Shown here: positions 1 through 10,540 of the stretch, one piece after another
Numbering within the stretch: position 1 is the stretch's first letter
Layout: each line of letters begins with the position of its first letter
NCBI GenBank assembly: GCA_964533095.1
Contig: CAZHKS010000003.1
Span: forward strand, 201,696 to 265,695
Origin: an uncultured Thiobacillus sp.
Lineage (GTDB): Bacteria; Pseudomonadota; Gammaproteobacteria; Burkholderiales; Thiobacillaceae
Length of the DNA: 64,000 nucleotides
Direction of reading: 5' to 3'
Position numbers and translations under genes: made by a program
Notes under the pieces: generated by a model
What the model saw: the letters and a program-made list of their open reading frames with translations, nothing else
Told to the model about the DNA's origin: nothing
Database searches by the model: none

Positions 1-1
1 G

Positions 2-910
2 CATCCGGCCGACCAGGCAGGACAGGCGCTGATCCGGCAATGGATCCATTTCATCCGCCGGCCCGAGGTGCGTCCGCACGTCATCTTCCTCAGCGACTAC
101 GACATGCATCTGACCGAACAGCTGGTGCAGGGCGTGGATGTCTGGCTCAACACGCCACGCCGCCCGTGGGAAGCCTGCGGGACCAGCGGCATGAAGGTGC
201 TGGTCAACGGCGGCATCAACCTGTCCGAACTGGACGGCTGGTGGGCGGAAGCCTATGCGCCCGAGGTGGGATGGGCGCTGGGGGATGGCCAGGAGCATGA
301 CAGCGATCCCGCCTGGGACGCGGCCGAAGCCGAAACGCTCTACAACCTGCTCGAGCGCGAGGTGATTCCCGAGTTCTATACGCGTGACGAGCAAGGCATC
401 CCGAACGCCTGGGTGAACCGGATGCGGGAAAGCATGGCGCAGTTGACGCCGCGCTATTCCGCCAACCGCGCGGTGCGTGACTATACAGAGCGGCACTACC
501 TCCCGGCCGCCTCGACCTATCTCGCGCGCGCTGCCGACAAGGGAGCGGGCGGCGCACGGATCGTGAGCCAGGGGCGTGCGCTGGAACAGGACTGGGCCGC
601 GCTGCGGTTCGGCGAGACCAGGCTGGAAGGCGAAAACGGGCAGCATGTATTCGAGGTTCAACTCTATCTCGACGACATCGACCCGGATGCGGTACGGGTC
701 GAGCTTTATGCCGAGGGCACCGACGGCGGCGCGCCGGTGATCGTGGCGATGCAGCGCGTACGGCAGCTGGTGGGTGCTGCAAACGGTTATGCCTATCGCG
801 CGGAAGTGCCTGCCGCCCGTCCGGCGGCGGACTATACGGCACGGCTCATTCCGTGCCGCGAAGGCGTGGCGGTTCCGCTGGAAGACGCGCACATCCTGTG
901 GCAGCGCTGA
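2..910 (+). CDS. glgP: alpha-glucan (glycogen/maltodextrin) phosphorylase, C-terminal part; gene begins upstream of the window
   Basis: Frame is open from nt 2 with no stop before listed ORF 68..910. Translation contains VIFLSDYDM...DVWLNTPRRPWEACGTSGMKVLVNGG, the GT35 PLP-lysine region. Confidence 0.85.
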   Translation, partial: HPADQAGQALIRQWIHFIRRPEVRPHVIFLSDYDMHLTEQLVQGVDVWLNTPRRPWEACGTSGMKVLVNGGINLSELDGWWAEAYAPEVGWALGDGQEHDSDPAWDAAEAETLYNLLEREVIPEFYTRDEQGIPNAWVNRMRESMAQLTPRYSANRAVRDYTERHYLPAASTYLARAADKGAGGARIVSQGRALEQDWAALRFGETRLEGENGQHVFEVQLYLDDIDPDAVRVELYAEGTDGGAPVIVAMQRVRQLVGAANGYAYRAEVPAARPAADYTARLIPCREGVAVPLEDAHILWQR

Positions 911-921
911 GATCTTCCGAC

Positions 922-3063
922 ATGAGCTTTTCCGAACGTCCCTTGAGCGATTACGCTGCAGACGTCTGCGAACAGACGGAGGTCCGCAGAGGACTCCCCT
1001 TGCCCCCGGGCGCGCATGAATCGGAAGGCGGCGCGAACTTCGCCCTGTTCAGCCGTCACGCCAGCCGGGTCCGGCTGGAACTGTTCGACCGGGCTGACGA
1101 CGCTGCGCCTGCCCGGTCCATCGATCTGGATCCGGCGCGTAACCGCACCGGCGACGTATGGCACGTCTGGGTCCAGGGGATACGGACGGGCCAGCTGTAT
1201 GCCTATCGGGTCGACGGCCCGTACCGGCCCCAGGATGGCCATCGCTACAATTTCAACAAGCTGCTCCTCGATCCCTTCGCGATGGCGATCTCGCAGCGCT
1301 CGCACTGGGATTTCGGGGCGGCGCGCGGAGACGATCCGGCGGCGCACGACCCCGATCGGGCGCCTTCCCCGGCGGACGATGCGGGCGCCATGCCGAAATG
1401 CGTGTTCATCCACGAGCCGTTCCACTGGCATGACGACCTGCCGCCCCGGCGCGCCTGGTCCGAGACCGTGATCTACGAAACCCACGTCCGCGGTTACACC
1501 GTCCATCCCAGCGCCGGCGTCGAGCATCCGGGCACCTACCGCGGGCTGATGGAAAAGATTCCCTACCTGAAGGCGCTGGGGGTGACGGCGGTGGAACTGA
1601 TGCCGGTGCACGAATTCAACGAATGGCAGCTGCCGGTCAGCAATCCGCAGACCGGCGAGCCGCTCAGGAATTACTGGGGCTACGATCCGGTGGCCTTCCT
1701 CGCGCCGAAGGCCGCCTACAGCAGCGCGGGCGGGCAGGGCCAGCAGACGCTGGAGTTCAGGGAGATGGTGCGGGCGTTCCATCAGGACGGGATCGAAGTG
1801 ATCCTGGACGTCGTGTTCAACCACACGGCGGAAGGCAACGAACTGGGGCCGACCCTGAGCTTTCGCGGAATCGACAACGCGATCTTCTACATGCTGGCGC
1901 CCGATCCGCGGCATTACCTGAATTTCGCCGGCACCGGCAACACCATCAACGCCAACCACCCCGTGGTGCGCGATCACATCCTGGGCGCCTTGCGCCACTG
2001 GGTGGTGGAGATGCATGTGGACGGCTTCCGCTTCGACCTGGCGTCGATACTCGGCCGCGACGGCACGGGCCGGCTGCTGGCCAGCGCGCCGCTGCTGGAG
2101 CGGATCGCCGAGGATCCGATCCTGCGGGACGTGAAAATCATCGCCGAGGCGTGGGACGCCGCCGGTGCCTACGAGGTGGGCAGCTTCTCGGAGCGGCGCT
2201 GGGCGGAATGGAACGGCCGCTACCGGGACGACGTCAGGCGTTTCTGGCGCGGCGATGACGGGATGCGCGGCCTGTTCGCCAGCCGCATCAGCGGCAGCGC
2301 CGACATCTATGCTCCGTCGGGCAAGGGTCCCGAGGCCAGCATCAACTTCGTCACCTGCCACGACGGCTTCACCCTGAATGACCTGGTGAGCTATCGCATC
2401 AAGCACAACGAGGCGAACGGAGAGGACAACCGGGACGGGACCGACACCAACTTCAGCGACCATTACGGCATCGAGGGCGAGTCGCCGGATGCCGAGGTAG
2501 AGGCGGTGCGCACCCGCCAGATCAGGAATTTCCTGATGACACTCATGATCTCGCGCGGGGTGCCGATGCTGCTCGGCGGGGACGAGTTTCGCCGCACCCA
2601 GCGCGGCAACAACAACGCCTGGTGCCAGGACAACGAAACGAGCTGGGTGGACTGGCACCTGCTCGAGCGGCACCAGGATATCGCCCGCTTCGCGCGTGAA
2701 ATGATCGCCTTCCGGCGGGGGCATCCGGCCCTGAGCCGCGAACGCTTCTACACGGAGGCGGAGATCCAGTGGTTCGGCCCGGACGGCAGCGTGCCCGACT
2801 GGTTCGACCCGGCGGCCAGGCAGCTGGCTTGCCGGATACACGAAGACGAAGGCAGCCAGCTTTTCCTGATGTTCAATGCCGGCAGCGAGGCCGTCGGTTT
2901 TCGCGTGCCCGCGGCACCCGGGGGCATGCACTGGTATCGGGCGGTGGATACGTATCGCGCGGCGCCCGAGGATATCGCCCCGCCGGGCCAGGCGCCGCAC
3001 CTGGGTGCGGATCGCTATCTGGTCGAGCCGCGCGCCGGCGTCATCCTTGCGACACGGAGATGA
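922..3063 (+). CDS. glgX: glycogen debranching enzyme GlgX (GH13)
   Basis: ORF 853..3063; the ATG at 922 lies just after the glgP stop. GH13 debranching signatures present: NYWGYDP, VDGFRFDLAS, AEAWDAAG, NFVTCHDGFTLNDL. Confidence 0.93.
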   Translation: MSFSERPLSDYAADVCEQTEVRRGLPLPPGAHESEGGANFALFSRHASRVRLELFDRADDAAPARSIDLDPARNRTGDVWHVWVQGIRTGQLYAYRVDGPYRPQDGHRYNFNKLLLDPFAMAISQRSHWDFGAARGDDPAAHDPDRAPSPADDAGAMPKCVFIHEPFHWHDDLPPRRAWSETVIYETHVRGYTVHPSAGVEHPGTYRGLMEKIPYLKALGVTAVELMPVHEFNEWQLPVSNPQTGEPLRNYWGYDPVAFLAPKAAYSSAGGQGQQTLEFREMVRAFHQDGIEVILDVVFNHTAEGNELGPTLSFRGIDNAIFYMLAPDPRHYLNFAGTGNTINANHPVVRDHILGALRHWVVEMHVDGFRFDLASILGRDGTGRLLASAPLLERIAEDPILRDVKIIAEAWDAAGAYEVGSFSERRWAEWNGRYRDDVRRFWRGDDGMRGLFASRISGSADIYAPSGKGPEASINFVTCHDGFTLNDLVSYRIKHNEANGEDNRDGTDTNFSDHYGIEGESPDAEVEAVRTRQIRNFLMTLMISRGVPMLLGGDEFRRTQRGNNNAWCQDNETSWVDWHLLERHQDIARFAREMIAFRRGHPALSRERFYTEAEIQWFGPDGSVPDWFDPAARQLACRIHEDEGSQLFLMFNAGSEAVGFRVPAAPGGMHWYRAVDTYRAAPEDIAPPGQAPHLGADRYLVEPRAGVILATRR

Positions 3064-3067
3064 CGCC

Positions 3068-4318
3068 ATGATCGAGCCATCAAGACCAGCCGTCGCAGTG
3101 CGCAGGACGGGAGCGGAAAATGCGAACATCCTTGCGGTCAACGGCGGCTCGTCCAGCATCAAGTTCGCCTTGTTCGAAGCGGGGAATATGCTGCGCCAGG
3201 TTCTGCAGGGCCGGATCGTCCGGATCGGCATGGCGGATGCCACGTTCTCGGTGCAGGGCGCGCACAGTGCCGACAGCTTTTCGCGTTCCGTGTCCGCTCC
3301 GGATCACGCGGCGGCAGTCGAGCTGCTGATGGACTGGGCGCAGGGACGGATCGCAAGCGGGGCGCTGGCAGCGATCGGCCACCGCGTGGTGCATGGCGGG
3401 CCGGTGTACTGGGAACCGCAGCGGATCACGCCGGCGATGGTCGAGGCCTTGCACCGGTTGAGCCCGTTCGACCCCGAGCATCTGCCCGAAGAGATCCTCC
3501 TGACCGAGGCGTTCCATCGGCGCTTTCCGGACCTGCCGCAGATCGCCTGCTTCGACACGGCATTCCACCACGACCTGCCGCGCGTGGCCCAGCTGCTGCC
3601 GATCCCGCGGCGTTACGCTGCGCAGGGTGTCCGGCGCTATGGCTTCCACGGCCTCTCCTGTGCCTTTCTCATGGAAGAACTCGCGCGGGTGGCGGGTGTC
3701 CAATCCGCGCAAGGGCGGGTGATCCTGGCCCATCTGGGCAATGGCGCGAGCATGACGGCGGTGCACGCGGGAAAAAGCATCGACACCAGCATGAGTTTCA
3801 CGCCGACGGCGGGCCTGCCCATGAGCACCCGCAGCGGCGACCTGGATCCGGGGCTGGCCTGGTACCTGGCCCGCACAACGAACATGACGGCGAAACGATT
3901 CCACCATATGGTCAACCATGAATCGGGATTGCTCGGCGTGTCGGAGACCAGTCCCGACATGCAGGTGCTGCTCGAGCGGGAACCGGATGATGCCCGGGCG
4001 GCCGAGGCGGTGGCGCTGTTCTGCTACCAGGCGAGGAAGCAGGTCGGCGCTTATGCCGCCGCGCTGGGTGGGCTCGACACGCTGGTCTTCGCGGGCGGCA
4101 TCGGCGAAAACGCGCCGGCCGTCCGCGCGCGCATAGGCGAGGGGCTCGGCTTCCTCGGCATCGAACTGGATGCGGCGCGCAACGCGGCGCACGCAGAAGT
4201 GATTTCAACGGACGCCAGCCGCGTGACGGTTCGCGTCATCCGGACGGACGAGGAACAGATGATCGCAAGGTCGGTCTGTCGCGTTCTCGGTCTGGGTACC
4301 CATAACGGAAAGGACTGA
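3068..4318 (+). CDS. ackA: acetate kinase
   Basis: Internal ATG at 3068 of ORF 2876..4318, 4 nt after the glgX stop. N-terminal ILAVNGGSSSIKFALFE and RYGFHGLS motifs are typical of the acetate/propionate kinase family. Confidence 0.93.
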   Translation: MIEPSRPAVAVRRTGAENANILAVNGGSSSIKFALFEAGNMLRQVLQGRIVRIGMADATFSVQGAHSADSFSRSVSAPDHAAAVELLMDWAQGRIASGALAAIGHRVVHGGPVYWEPQRITPAMVEALHRLSPFDPEHLPEEILLTEAFHRRFPDLPQIACFDTAFHHDLPRVAQLLPIPRRYAAQGVRRYGFHGLSCAFLMEELARVAGVQSAQGRVILAHLGNGASMTAVHAGKSIDTSMSFTPTAGLPMSTRSGDLDPGLAWYLARTTNMTAKRFHHMVNHESGLLGVSETSPDMQVLLEREPDDARAAEAVALFCYQARKQVGAYAAALGGLDTLVFAGGIGENAPAVRARIGEGLGFLGIELDAARNAAHAEVISTDASRVTVRVIRTDEEQMIARSVCRVLGLGTHNGKD

Positions 4319-4321
4319 AGC

Positions 4322-6691
4322 ATGCATGCCAACCCGCAGACTCTCTCGCCGGAATTGCTGAGCAGGATGGACGCCTACTGGCGCGCAGCAAACTATCTCT
4401 CGGTCGGCCAGATCTATCTCTACGACAACCCTTTGCTGAAGCGGCCGCTGGCGCCGACCGACGTCAAGCGCATGCTGCTGGGACACTGGGGGACGACGCC
4501 GGGGCAGAACTTCATCTACACGCACCTGAACCGGGTCATCAAGAAATACGACCTCAACATGATCTACGTGTCCGGGCCCGGTCACGGCGGGCCGTCCGTC
4601 GTGAGCCATACCTATCTCGAAGGCACCTACAGCGAGATCTATCCCGACATCAGCCAGGACGAGGCCGGGCTGCAGAGGCTCTTCAAGCAGTTCTCGTTTC
4701 CCGGCGGCATTCCCAGCCACGCGTCGCCGGAGTGTCCGGGATCGATCCACGAGGGCGGCGAGCTGGGCTATTCGCTCAGCCATTCCTTCGGCGCGGTGTT
4801 CGACAATCCCGATCTCGTCGTCGCCTGCGTGGTCGGCGACGGCGAGGCGGAAACCGGACCGCTGGCCACGGCGTGGCATTCGAACAAGTTCCTCGATCCG
4901 GCCACCGATGGCGCGGTGCTTCCGATCCTGCACCTCAACGGCTACAAGATCGCCAACCCGACTGTTTTCGCGCGCATCGAGCCCGAGGAACTGGAGCAGT
5001 TCTTCCGCGGCTGCGGCTGGTCGCCGTATTTCGTCGTGGGCCACGAGCCCGAACTGATGCACGAGGCCATGGCGGCGACGCTCGACCAGGCGATGGAGGA
5101 AATCCGGCGCATCCAGCACGATGCCCGCACGAATGGCAATGCCGTGCGTCCGCGCTGGCCGATGATCGTCCTCATGTCGCCCAAGGGCTGGACCGGGCCC
5201 GACGTGGTCGATGGCCGGCAGATCGAGGGGACCTTCCGCGCGCACCAGGTGCCGCTTAACCCGAATGCCCATCCCGACCATCTCAAGCTGCTGGAAGCAT
5301 GGCTGAAGCGCTACCGGCCGGAAGAGCTCTTCGACGAGCAGGGCCGCCTGATTCCCGAACTGGCCGAACTGGCGCCGCAGGGCGAACGCCGCATGGGGGC
5401 GAATCCGTACGCCAACGGCGGCATGCTGCTGCGCGATCTCAGGATGCCGGATTTCCGCGACTATGCGGCCGACGTGCCCGCGCCGGGGACGCCGGGCATC
5501 GGCGACACGCATGTGCTCGGGCCTTTCCTGCGCGATGTGGCGAAGCTCAACGACGCGCAGCGCAATTTCCGCGTTTTCGGCCCCGACGAGACGCTGTCCA
5601 ACGGCCTCGAGGCGCTGTTCGAATTCACCCCGCGCCAGTGGGACGCCACGACCGAACCGAACGACGAGTTTCTCGCGCCCACCGGGCGCGTGATGGAAAT
5701 GCTCAGCGAGCACCAGTGCGAAGGCTGGCTGGAAGGCTACCTGCTCACCGGGCGGCACGGGCTCTTCAACTGCTACGAGGCGTTCATCCACATCGTAGAT
5801 TCGATGTTCAACCAGCACGCCAAGTGGCTGAAGATCACGGCGCACCTGCCGTGGCGGCGCAAGATCGCCTCGCTGAACTACCTGCTGGCCTCGCATGTCT
5901 GGCGCCAGGATCACAACGGCTTTACCCACCAGGATCCCGGCTTCATCGACCACGTGGTGAACAAGAAATCCGAGGTGGTGCGGGCCTACTTCCCGCCCGA
6001 CGCCAATTGCCTGCTGTCGGTGATGGACCACTGCCTCCGGAGCCGTCATTACGTCAACGTCGTCGTCGCGGGCAAACATCCGGCGCCGCAATGGCTGGCG
6101 ATGGACGCCGCCGTCAAGCACTGTACCCAGGGCATCGGCATCTGGCAGTGGGCCAGCAACGACCAGGCCGTCGCGCCCGACGTGGTGATGGCCTGCTGCG
6201 GCGACGTCCCCACGCTGGAGACGCTGGCCGCCGTCTCCATCCTGCGCGAACACCTGCCGGACCTGAAAATCCGCGTGGTCAACGTCGTCGACCTGATGAA
6301 GCTGCAGCCGCCCAGCGAGCACCCGCACGGCCTCTCCGATACGGATTTCGACGAGATCTTCACCCGCGACAAGCCGGTGATCTTCGCCTTCCACGGCTAC
6401 CCATGGCTGATCCACCGGCTCACCTACCGCCGCACCAACCACGACAACTTCCACGTCCGCGGCTACAAGGAGGAGGGCACCATCACCACGCCCTTCGACA
6501 TGACGGTGCTGAACGACCTGGATCGCTTCCACCTCGTGATGGACGCCATCGACCGCCTGCCGCAGACCGGCGACAAGGGCATCTACCTGAAGCAGCAGCT
6601 CAAGGACAAGCTGATCGAGCACAAGCAGTACATCGACAAATATGGCGAGGACATGCCGGAAATTCGGGAGTGGAAGTGGGGCACAGTCTGA
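4322..6691 (+). CDS. xfp: xylulose-5-P/fructose-6-P phosphoketolase
   Basis: 789-aa ORF starting 3 nt after the ackA stop. [14 protein letters not shown] and [12 protein letters not shown] are characteristic phosphoketolase (TPP enzyme) motifs. Confidence 0.95.
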   Translation: MHANPQTLSPELLSRMDAYWRAANYLSVGQIYLYDNPLLKRPLAPTDVKRMLLGHWGTTPGQNFIYTHLNRVIKKYDLNMIYVSGPGHGGPSVVSHTYLEGTYSEIYPDISQDEAGLQRLFKQFSFPGGIPSHASPECPGSIHEGGELGYSLSHSFGAVFDNPDLVVACVVGDGEAETGPLATAWHSNKFLDPATDGAVLPILHLNGYKIANPTVFARIEPEELEQFFRGCGWSPYFVVGHEPELMHEAMAATLDQAMEEIRRIQHDARTNGNAVRPRWPMIVLMSPKGWTGPDVVDGRQIEGTFRAHQVPLNPNAHPDHLKLLEAWLKRYRPEELFDEQGRLIPELAELAPQGERRMGANPYANGGMLLRDLRMPDFRDYAADVPAPGTPGIGDTHVLGPFLRDVAKLNDAQRNFRVFGPDETLSNGLEALFEFTPRQWDATTEPNDEFLAPTGRVMEMLSEHQCEGWLEGYLLTGRHGLFNCYEAFIHIVDSMFNQHAKWLKITAHLPWRRKIASLNYLLASHVWRQDHNGFTHQDPGFIDHVVNKKSEVVRAYFPPDANCLLSVMDHCLRSRHYVNVVVAGKHPAPQWLAMDAAVKHCTQGIGIWQWASNDQAVAPDVVMACCGDVPTLETLAAVSILREHLPDLKIRVVNVVDLMKLQPPSEHPHGLSDTDFDEIFTRDKPVIFAFHGYPWLIHRLTYRRTNHDNFHVRGYKEEGTITTPFDMTVLNDLDRFHLVMDAIDRLPQTGDKGIYLKQQLKDKLIEHKQYIDKYGEDMPEIREWKWGTV

Positions 6692-6748
6692 AGCGTAGCC
6701 ACGCGATCGACGAGGACTTTTATTCCACCAGAATTCAGGAGCATGTAA

Positions 6749-7363
6749 ATGACGCATCCAATCTCAAATGACGCCACCGGCCAAGTCATTCTGGTAGCGG
6801 TATATGACGACGAAGCCAAGGCCCAGCATGCCATCGAGCAACTGCGCGACAAGGGTGTCGCCCTGGATATGGTCTCCGTGCTTGGCCGTGTTCATGCATC
6901 GGGCGACGACGTGCTCGGCATCTACTACACGGGCATGGGCGCCCGGGTCGAGGCCTGGGCGAAGCAGGGCGCGCTCTGGGGTGCGCTCTGGGGAGTGCTG
7001 GCAGGCGCGGCCGCCATGTTTGTGATGCCGGTGGTGGGGCCGATATTTGCGGCCGGCCCCATCGTCGAGACCATCGTTGCCACATTGGGAGGCGGTATTG
7101 CCGGCGCGGCAACCGGAGGCGCAATGGGCGGTGCCGGGATGGCGGGTGCCGCGGCCCTGACCCATCTGGCCTCGGTCATGCACCGCATGGGCATCCCGAA
7201 AGACCAGCTCGATCACCTGCATCAGGCCATCGTGGAGGGTCACTTCGTCCTTCTGCTGAGGGAGGCCACGGATCAGATTCAGCCCTGGCTGGACGTGATG
7301 CGCCAGAGCGAGGCCAGGGAAGTGATGGAACTGCCCTATAAAAGCCTTGTGGAGGCGCTGTAA
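6749..7363 (+). CDS. membrane protein with N-terminal general-stress-like domain and glycine-zipper TM segments (DUF1269-like)
   Basis: 204-aa ORF with GGAG-like RBS. Soluble N-terminal part (VILVAVYDDEAKAQHAIEQLRDKG) is followed by Gly/Ala-rich hydrophobic segments (GGGIAGAATGGAMGGAGMAGAAA). Confidence 0.6.
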   Translation: MTHPISNDATGQVILVAVYDDEAKAQHAIEQLRDKGVALDMVSVLGRVHASGDDVLGIYYTGMGARVEAWAKQGALWGALWGVLAGAAAMFVMPVVGPIFAAGPIVETIVATLGGGIAGAATGGAMGGAGMAGAAALTHLASVMHRMGIPKDQLDHLHQAIVEGHFVLLLREATDQIQPWLDVMRQSEAREVMELPYKSLVEAL

Positions 7364-7575
7364 ATCCGTTTTGCCGGAACCTGCCGGAGATTCGCGACTG
7401 GACGTGAGAACTGACCCATGAATAACGGCATGCTGGTGGAAGAAACTGGCGGGCCATTGCAGGCGCCGGTCGGCAAGGACATTCTGTCCGCATGCCCGAC
7501 GTAAAGAAACCATTCCTCGAGCTGCACTCGCTCCCCGGAGTTTTCATAACCTGAATCAAATCAAAGGCGGCCAGG

Positions 7576-7938
7576 ATGACCATTCAACTCAGTGAAGAAA
7601 ACGGCGGGAAGGTGCTCTCCGTCCACGTCAGCGGCAAGCTGGTAAAAGCGGATTACGCGCGATTTGTGCCCGAGTTCGAACGCCTCGTCCGGCAACACGG
7701 AACGTTGCGTGTTCTGTTCGACATGAGCGATTTCCACGGCTGGCAGGCCAGCGCGATGTGGGAGGACACCAAGTTTGCGATTCATCACTTCGATGACATC
7801 GAAAAAATCGCCATGGTCGGAGAAAAGACATGGCAGCAAGGCATGGCCGCGTTCTGCATCCCCTTTACGAAAGCGACGGTCCGATACTTCGATCGCATCG
7901 ATGCCGCCGAGGCACGAAAGTGGCTGGACGAAGCGTAA
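7576..7938 (+). CDS. STAS/SpoIIAA-like domain protein (DUF3478-type)
   Basis: 120-aa ORF; the pattern ...LSVHVSGKL...DY..F.PEFERL......LRVLFDM.DFHGW...AMWED.KF...H..DIEKIAMVG resembles SpoIIAA-like STAS proteins. Confidence 0.75.
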   Translation: MTIQLSEENGGKVLSVHVSGKLVKADYARFVPEFERLVRQHGTLRVLFDMSDFHGWQASAMWEDTKFAIHHFDDIEKIAMVGEKTWQQGMAAFCIPFTKATVRYFDRIDAAEARKWLDEA

Positions 7939-8056
7939 CGGCTCCGGCCCGATTCAGTGCCGCGATGCCAATGACATATACATAAGCATGACAACACATA
8001 CCGGACTGCGCACCCAATGTGCGGCATCGCCATAGCTCAAGGACAGGATTTAGGTC

Positions 8057-10540
8057 ATGAAGGAAGCCCATATTGATCAACCCAAGGCACCCGGATCGAA
8101 GCCGGGGCCGAAGTCCGGCGAGCAGGACGAGCTGAAATCCCTGCCGCTACAGGAGGTGGAAAAAAGACTGGGGTCGTCGCCGGATGGCCTCACTCAGGCC
8201 GAGGCGCAGAAACGGCTGGCCCAATACGGGCCAAACGCGCTGGAAGAAAAGCAGACCAGTGCCTTCCTGAAATTCCTCGGCTATTTCTGGGGACCGATCC
8301 CGTGGATGATCGAAGCGGCCGTGATCCTGTCGGCAGTCGACCGGCATTGGGCAGATTTTTCCATCATTCTTACGCTGCTGGTGGCCAACGCGGTGGTCGG
8401 ATTCTGGGAAGAGCACCAGGCGGGCAACGCCATCGCCGCGCTCAAGGCCAAGCTGGCGATCAAGGCGCGGGTCAAGCGTGATGGCAAATGGGTGACGCCG
8501 GCCGCGCGCGAACTGGTGCCGGGCGACGTCATCCGCGTGCGGCTGGGCGACATCGTGCCGGCGGACGCGCGCCTGCTCGACGGCGACCCGATCGAAGTGG
8601 ACCAGTCCGCGCTGACGGGCGAGTCGCTGCCCGCCGAGCGCAAGAGCGGCGAGGCCGTGTTTTCGGGATCGATCATCCGCCAGGGCGAGATCGAGGCATT
8701 GGTATATGCCACGGGCGCCAACACCTATTTCGGCAAGACGGCGCAACTGGTGCAGGAGGCACAGACCACCAGCCATTTCCAGCGCGCGGTGCTGAAGATC
8801 GGCAACTACCTGATCATTCTCGCCGTGGCGCTCGTGACGGTGATCATCGCCGTCGCCCTGTTCCGCGGCGACCCGATCCTCACCACCCTGCAGTTCGCGC
8901 TGGTGCTCACCGTGGCCGCCATTCCGGTGGCGATGCCCACGGTGCTGTCGGTGACCATGGCGGTGGGTGCGCGCCTGCTGGCCCGAAAAGAGGCGATCGT
9001 GACGCGGCTGGCGGCGATCGAGGAACTGGCCGGGGTGGACATCCTGTGCTCGGACAAGACCGGCACGCTGACCCAGAACAAGCTCACGCTGGGCGAGCCA
9101 TTCAGCGTGAACGGCATCCCGGCCGACCAGTTGATCCTCGACGCCGCGCTGGCTTCGCGTGCGGAAAACAAGGACACCATCGACCTCGCCGTGCTCGGCG
9201 GCCTGAAAGACGAACAGGCCCTGGCGCGCTACGAAGTCACGCATTTCCAGCCGTTCGACCCGGTGCACAAGCGCACCGAAGCCACCGTCAAGGATCAGGA
9301 TGGCAAGACGTTCAAGGTCACCAAGGGGGCGCCGCAGGTGATCCTGGAATTGTCAGCCAATGCCGATGAGGTGGTCGCCGCAGTTGACCAGGCCGTCAAT
9401 GAATTTGCGGCGCGCGGGTTCCGCTCGCTGGGCGTGGCACGCGCGGACGGCGAGGGTGCCTGGCAGTTTCTGGGCGTGCTGCCGCTGTTCGATCCGCCCC
9501 GGGAAGAAGCCCTGGCCACGATCACGAGTGCGCGGCAGATGGGCGTGAACGTCAAGATGGTGACCGGCGATGCGATCGCCATCGCCCGCGAAACCGCCGG
9601 AAAACTGGGGCTGGGGACGAACATCCTCGACGCCAGCGGCTTTGGTGACGCCAAGCAGCACGAGACGGCGCAGTTGGCACAGTCCATCGAGCAGGCCGAC
9701 GGTTTCGCCCAGGTGTTTCCCGAACACAAGTTCCATATCGTGGATGTACTGCAGCAGCGCGGCCACATCGTCGGCATGACCGGTGACGGGGTGAACGACG
9801 CCCCCGCGCTGAAAAAGGCCGACTGCGGCATCGCCGTGTCGGGCGCAACGGATGCGGCGCGCGCAGCCGCGGACATCGTGCTGATGACGTCCGGCCTGTC
9901 GGTCATCATCGATGCCATCAAGGAAAGCCGCAAGATCTTCCAGCGCATGAACAGCTATGCGATCTACCGTATCGCCGAGACGCTGCGCGTGCTGCTGTTC
10001 ATGACGCTGGCGATCCTGATCTTCAACTTCTATCCGTTGACGGCGGTGATGATCGTGATGCTGGCCTTGCTCAACGACGGCGCCATCCTCTCCATCGCCT
10101 ATGACAACGTGCACTACAAGGACAAGCCCGAAGCCTGGAACATGCGCATGGTGCTGGGCGTCGCCACGGTACTGGGCGTGCTCGGCCCTGTGGCGGCTTT
10201 CGGCCTGTTTTATCTCGGCGACCGTGTCTATCATCTCGATCGTCCGCACGTCCAGACGCTGATGTATCTGATGCTTTCGGTGGCCGGGCATCTGACGATT
10301 TTCCTGACGCGCACGCGCGGCCCGTTCTGGTCGACCCGGCCCGCACCTATCCTGCTGCTTGCTGTGTTCGGCACGCAGATCGTGGCGACGCTGATCGCGG
10401 TCTACGGCGTGTTCATGACGCCGCTGGGCTGGGGCTGGGCACTCATGGTGTGGGGCTATGCCCTGGCGTGGTTCTTCATCAATGATTTCATCAAGCTCGC
10501 CGCCTATCGGATGTTTGATCCGGCCGAGGCCGCAGCCTGA
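8057..10540 (+). CDS. P-type ATPase, P3A (plasma-membrane H+-ATPase-like) subfamily
   Basis: 827-aa ORF with the DKTGTLT phosphorylation site, MTGD and GDGVNDAPALKKAD motifs. The N-terminus (GLTQAEAQKRLAQYGPNALEEK..FLKFLGYFWGPIPWMIEAA) and LLNDGAILSIAYDNV resemble plant/fungal H+-ATPases. Confidence 0.92.
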   Translation: MKEAHIDQPKAPGSKPGPKSGEQDELKSLPLQEVEKRLGSSPDGLTQAEAQKRLAQYGPNALEEKQTSAFLKFLGYFWGPIPWMIEAAVILSAVDRHWADFSIILTLLVANAVVGFWEEHQAGNAIAALKAKLAIKARVKRDGKWVTPAARELVPGDVIRVRLGDIVPADARLLDGDPIEVDQSALTGESLPAERKSGEAVFSGSIIRQGEIEALVYATGANTYFGKTAQLVQEAQTTSHFQRAVLKIGNYLIILAVALVTVIIAVALFRGDPILTTLQFALVLTVAAIPVAMPTVLSVTMAVGARLLARKEAIVTRLAAIEELAGVDILCSDKTGTLTQNKLTLGEPFSVNGIPADQLILDAALASRAENKDTIDLAVLGGLKDEQALARYEVTHFQPFDPVHKRTEATVKDQDGKTFKVTKGAPQVILELSANADEVVAAVDQAVNEFAARGFRSLGVARADGEGAWQFLGVLPLFDPPREEALATITSARQMGVNVKMVTGDAIAIARETAGKLGLGTNILDASGFGDAKQHETAQLAQSIEQADGFAQVFPEHKFHIVDVLQQRGHIVGMTGDGVNDAPALKKADCGIAVSGATDAARAAADIVLMTSGLSVIIDAIKESRKIFQRMNSYAIYRIAETLRVLLFMTLAILIFNFYPLTAVMIVMLALLNDGAILSIAYDNVHYKDKPEAWNMRMVLGVATVLGVLGPVAAFGLFYLGDRVYHLDRPHVQTLMYLMLSVAGHLTIFLTRTRGPFWSTRPAPILLLAVFGTQIVATLIAVYGVFMTPLGWGWALMVWGYALAWFFINDFIKLAAYRMFDPAEAAA

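Noticed and set aside
2876-3067. N-terminal extensions suggested by the ORF track (ackA from 2876, narL from 42531, isp1 from 53696, hypF from 49900, ggt from 17688, hypB from 51957, hypD from 51139).
   Set aside because: The extensions are Arg/Pro-rich, overlap the preceding gene, and some begin at non-ATG codons. Internal ATG or GTG starts give canonical family N-termini (e.g. MCDTCGC for HypB, MCLAIP for HypC, MHE for HypA), often with an RBS.
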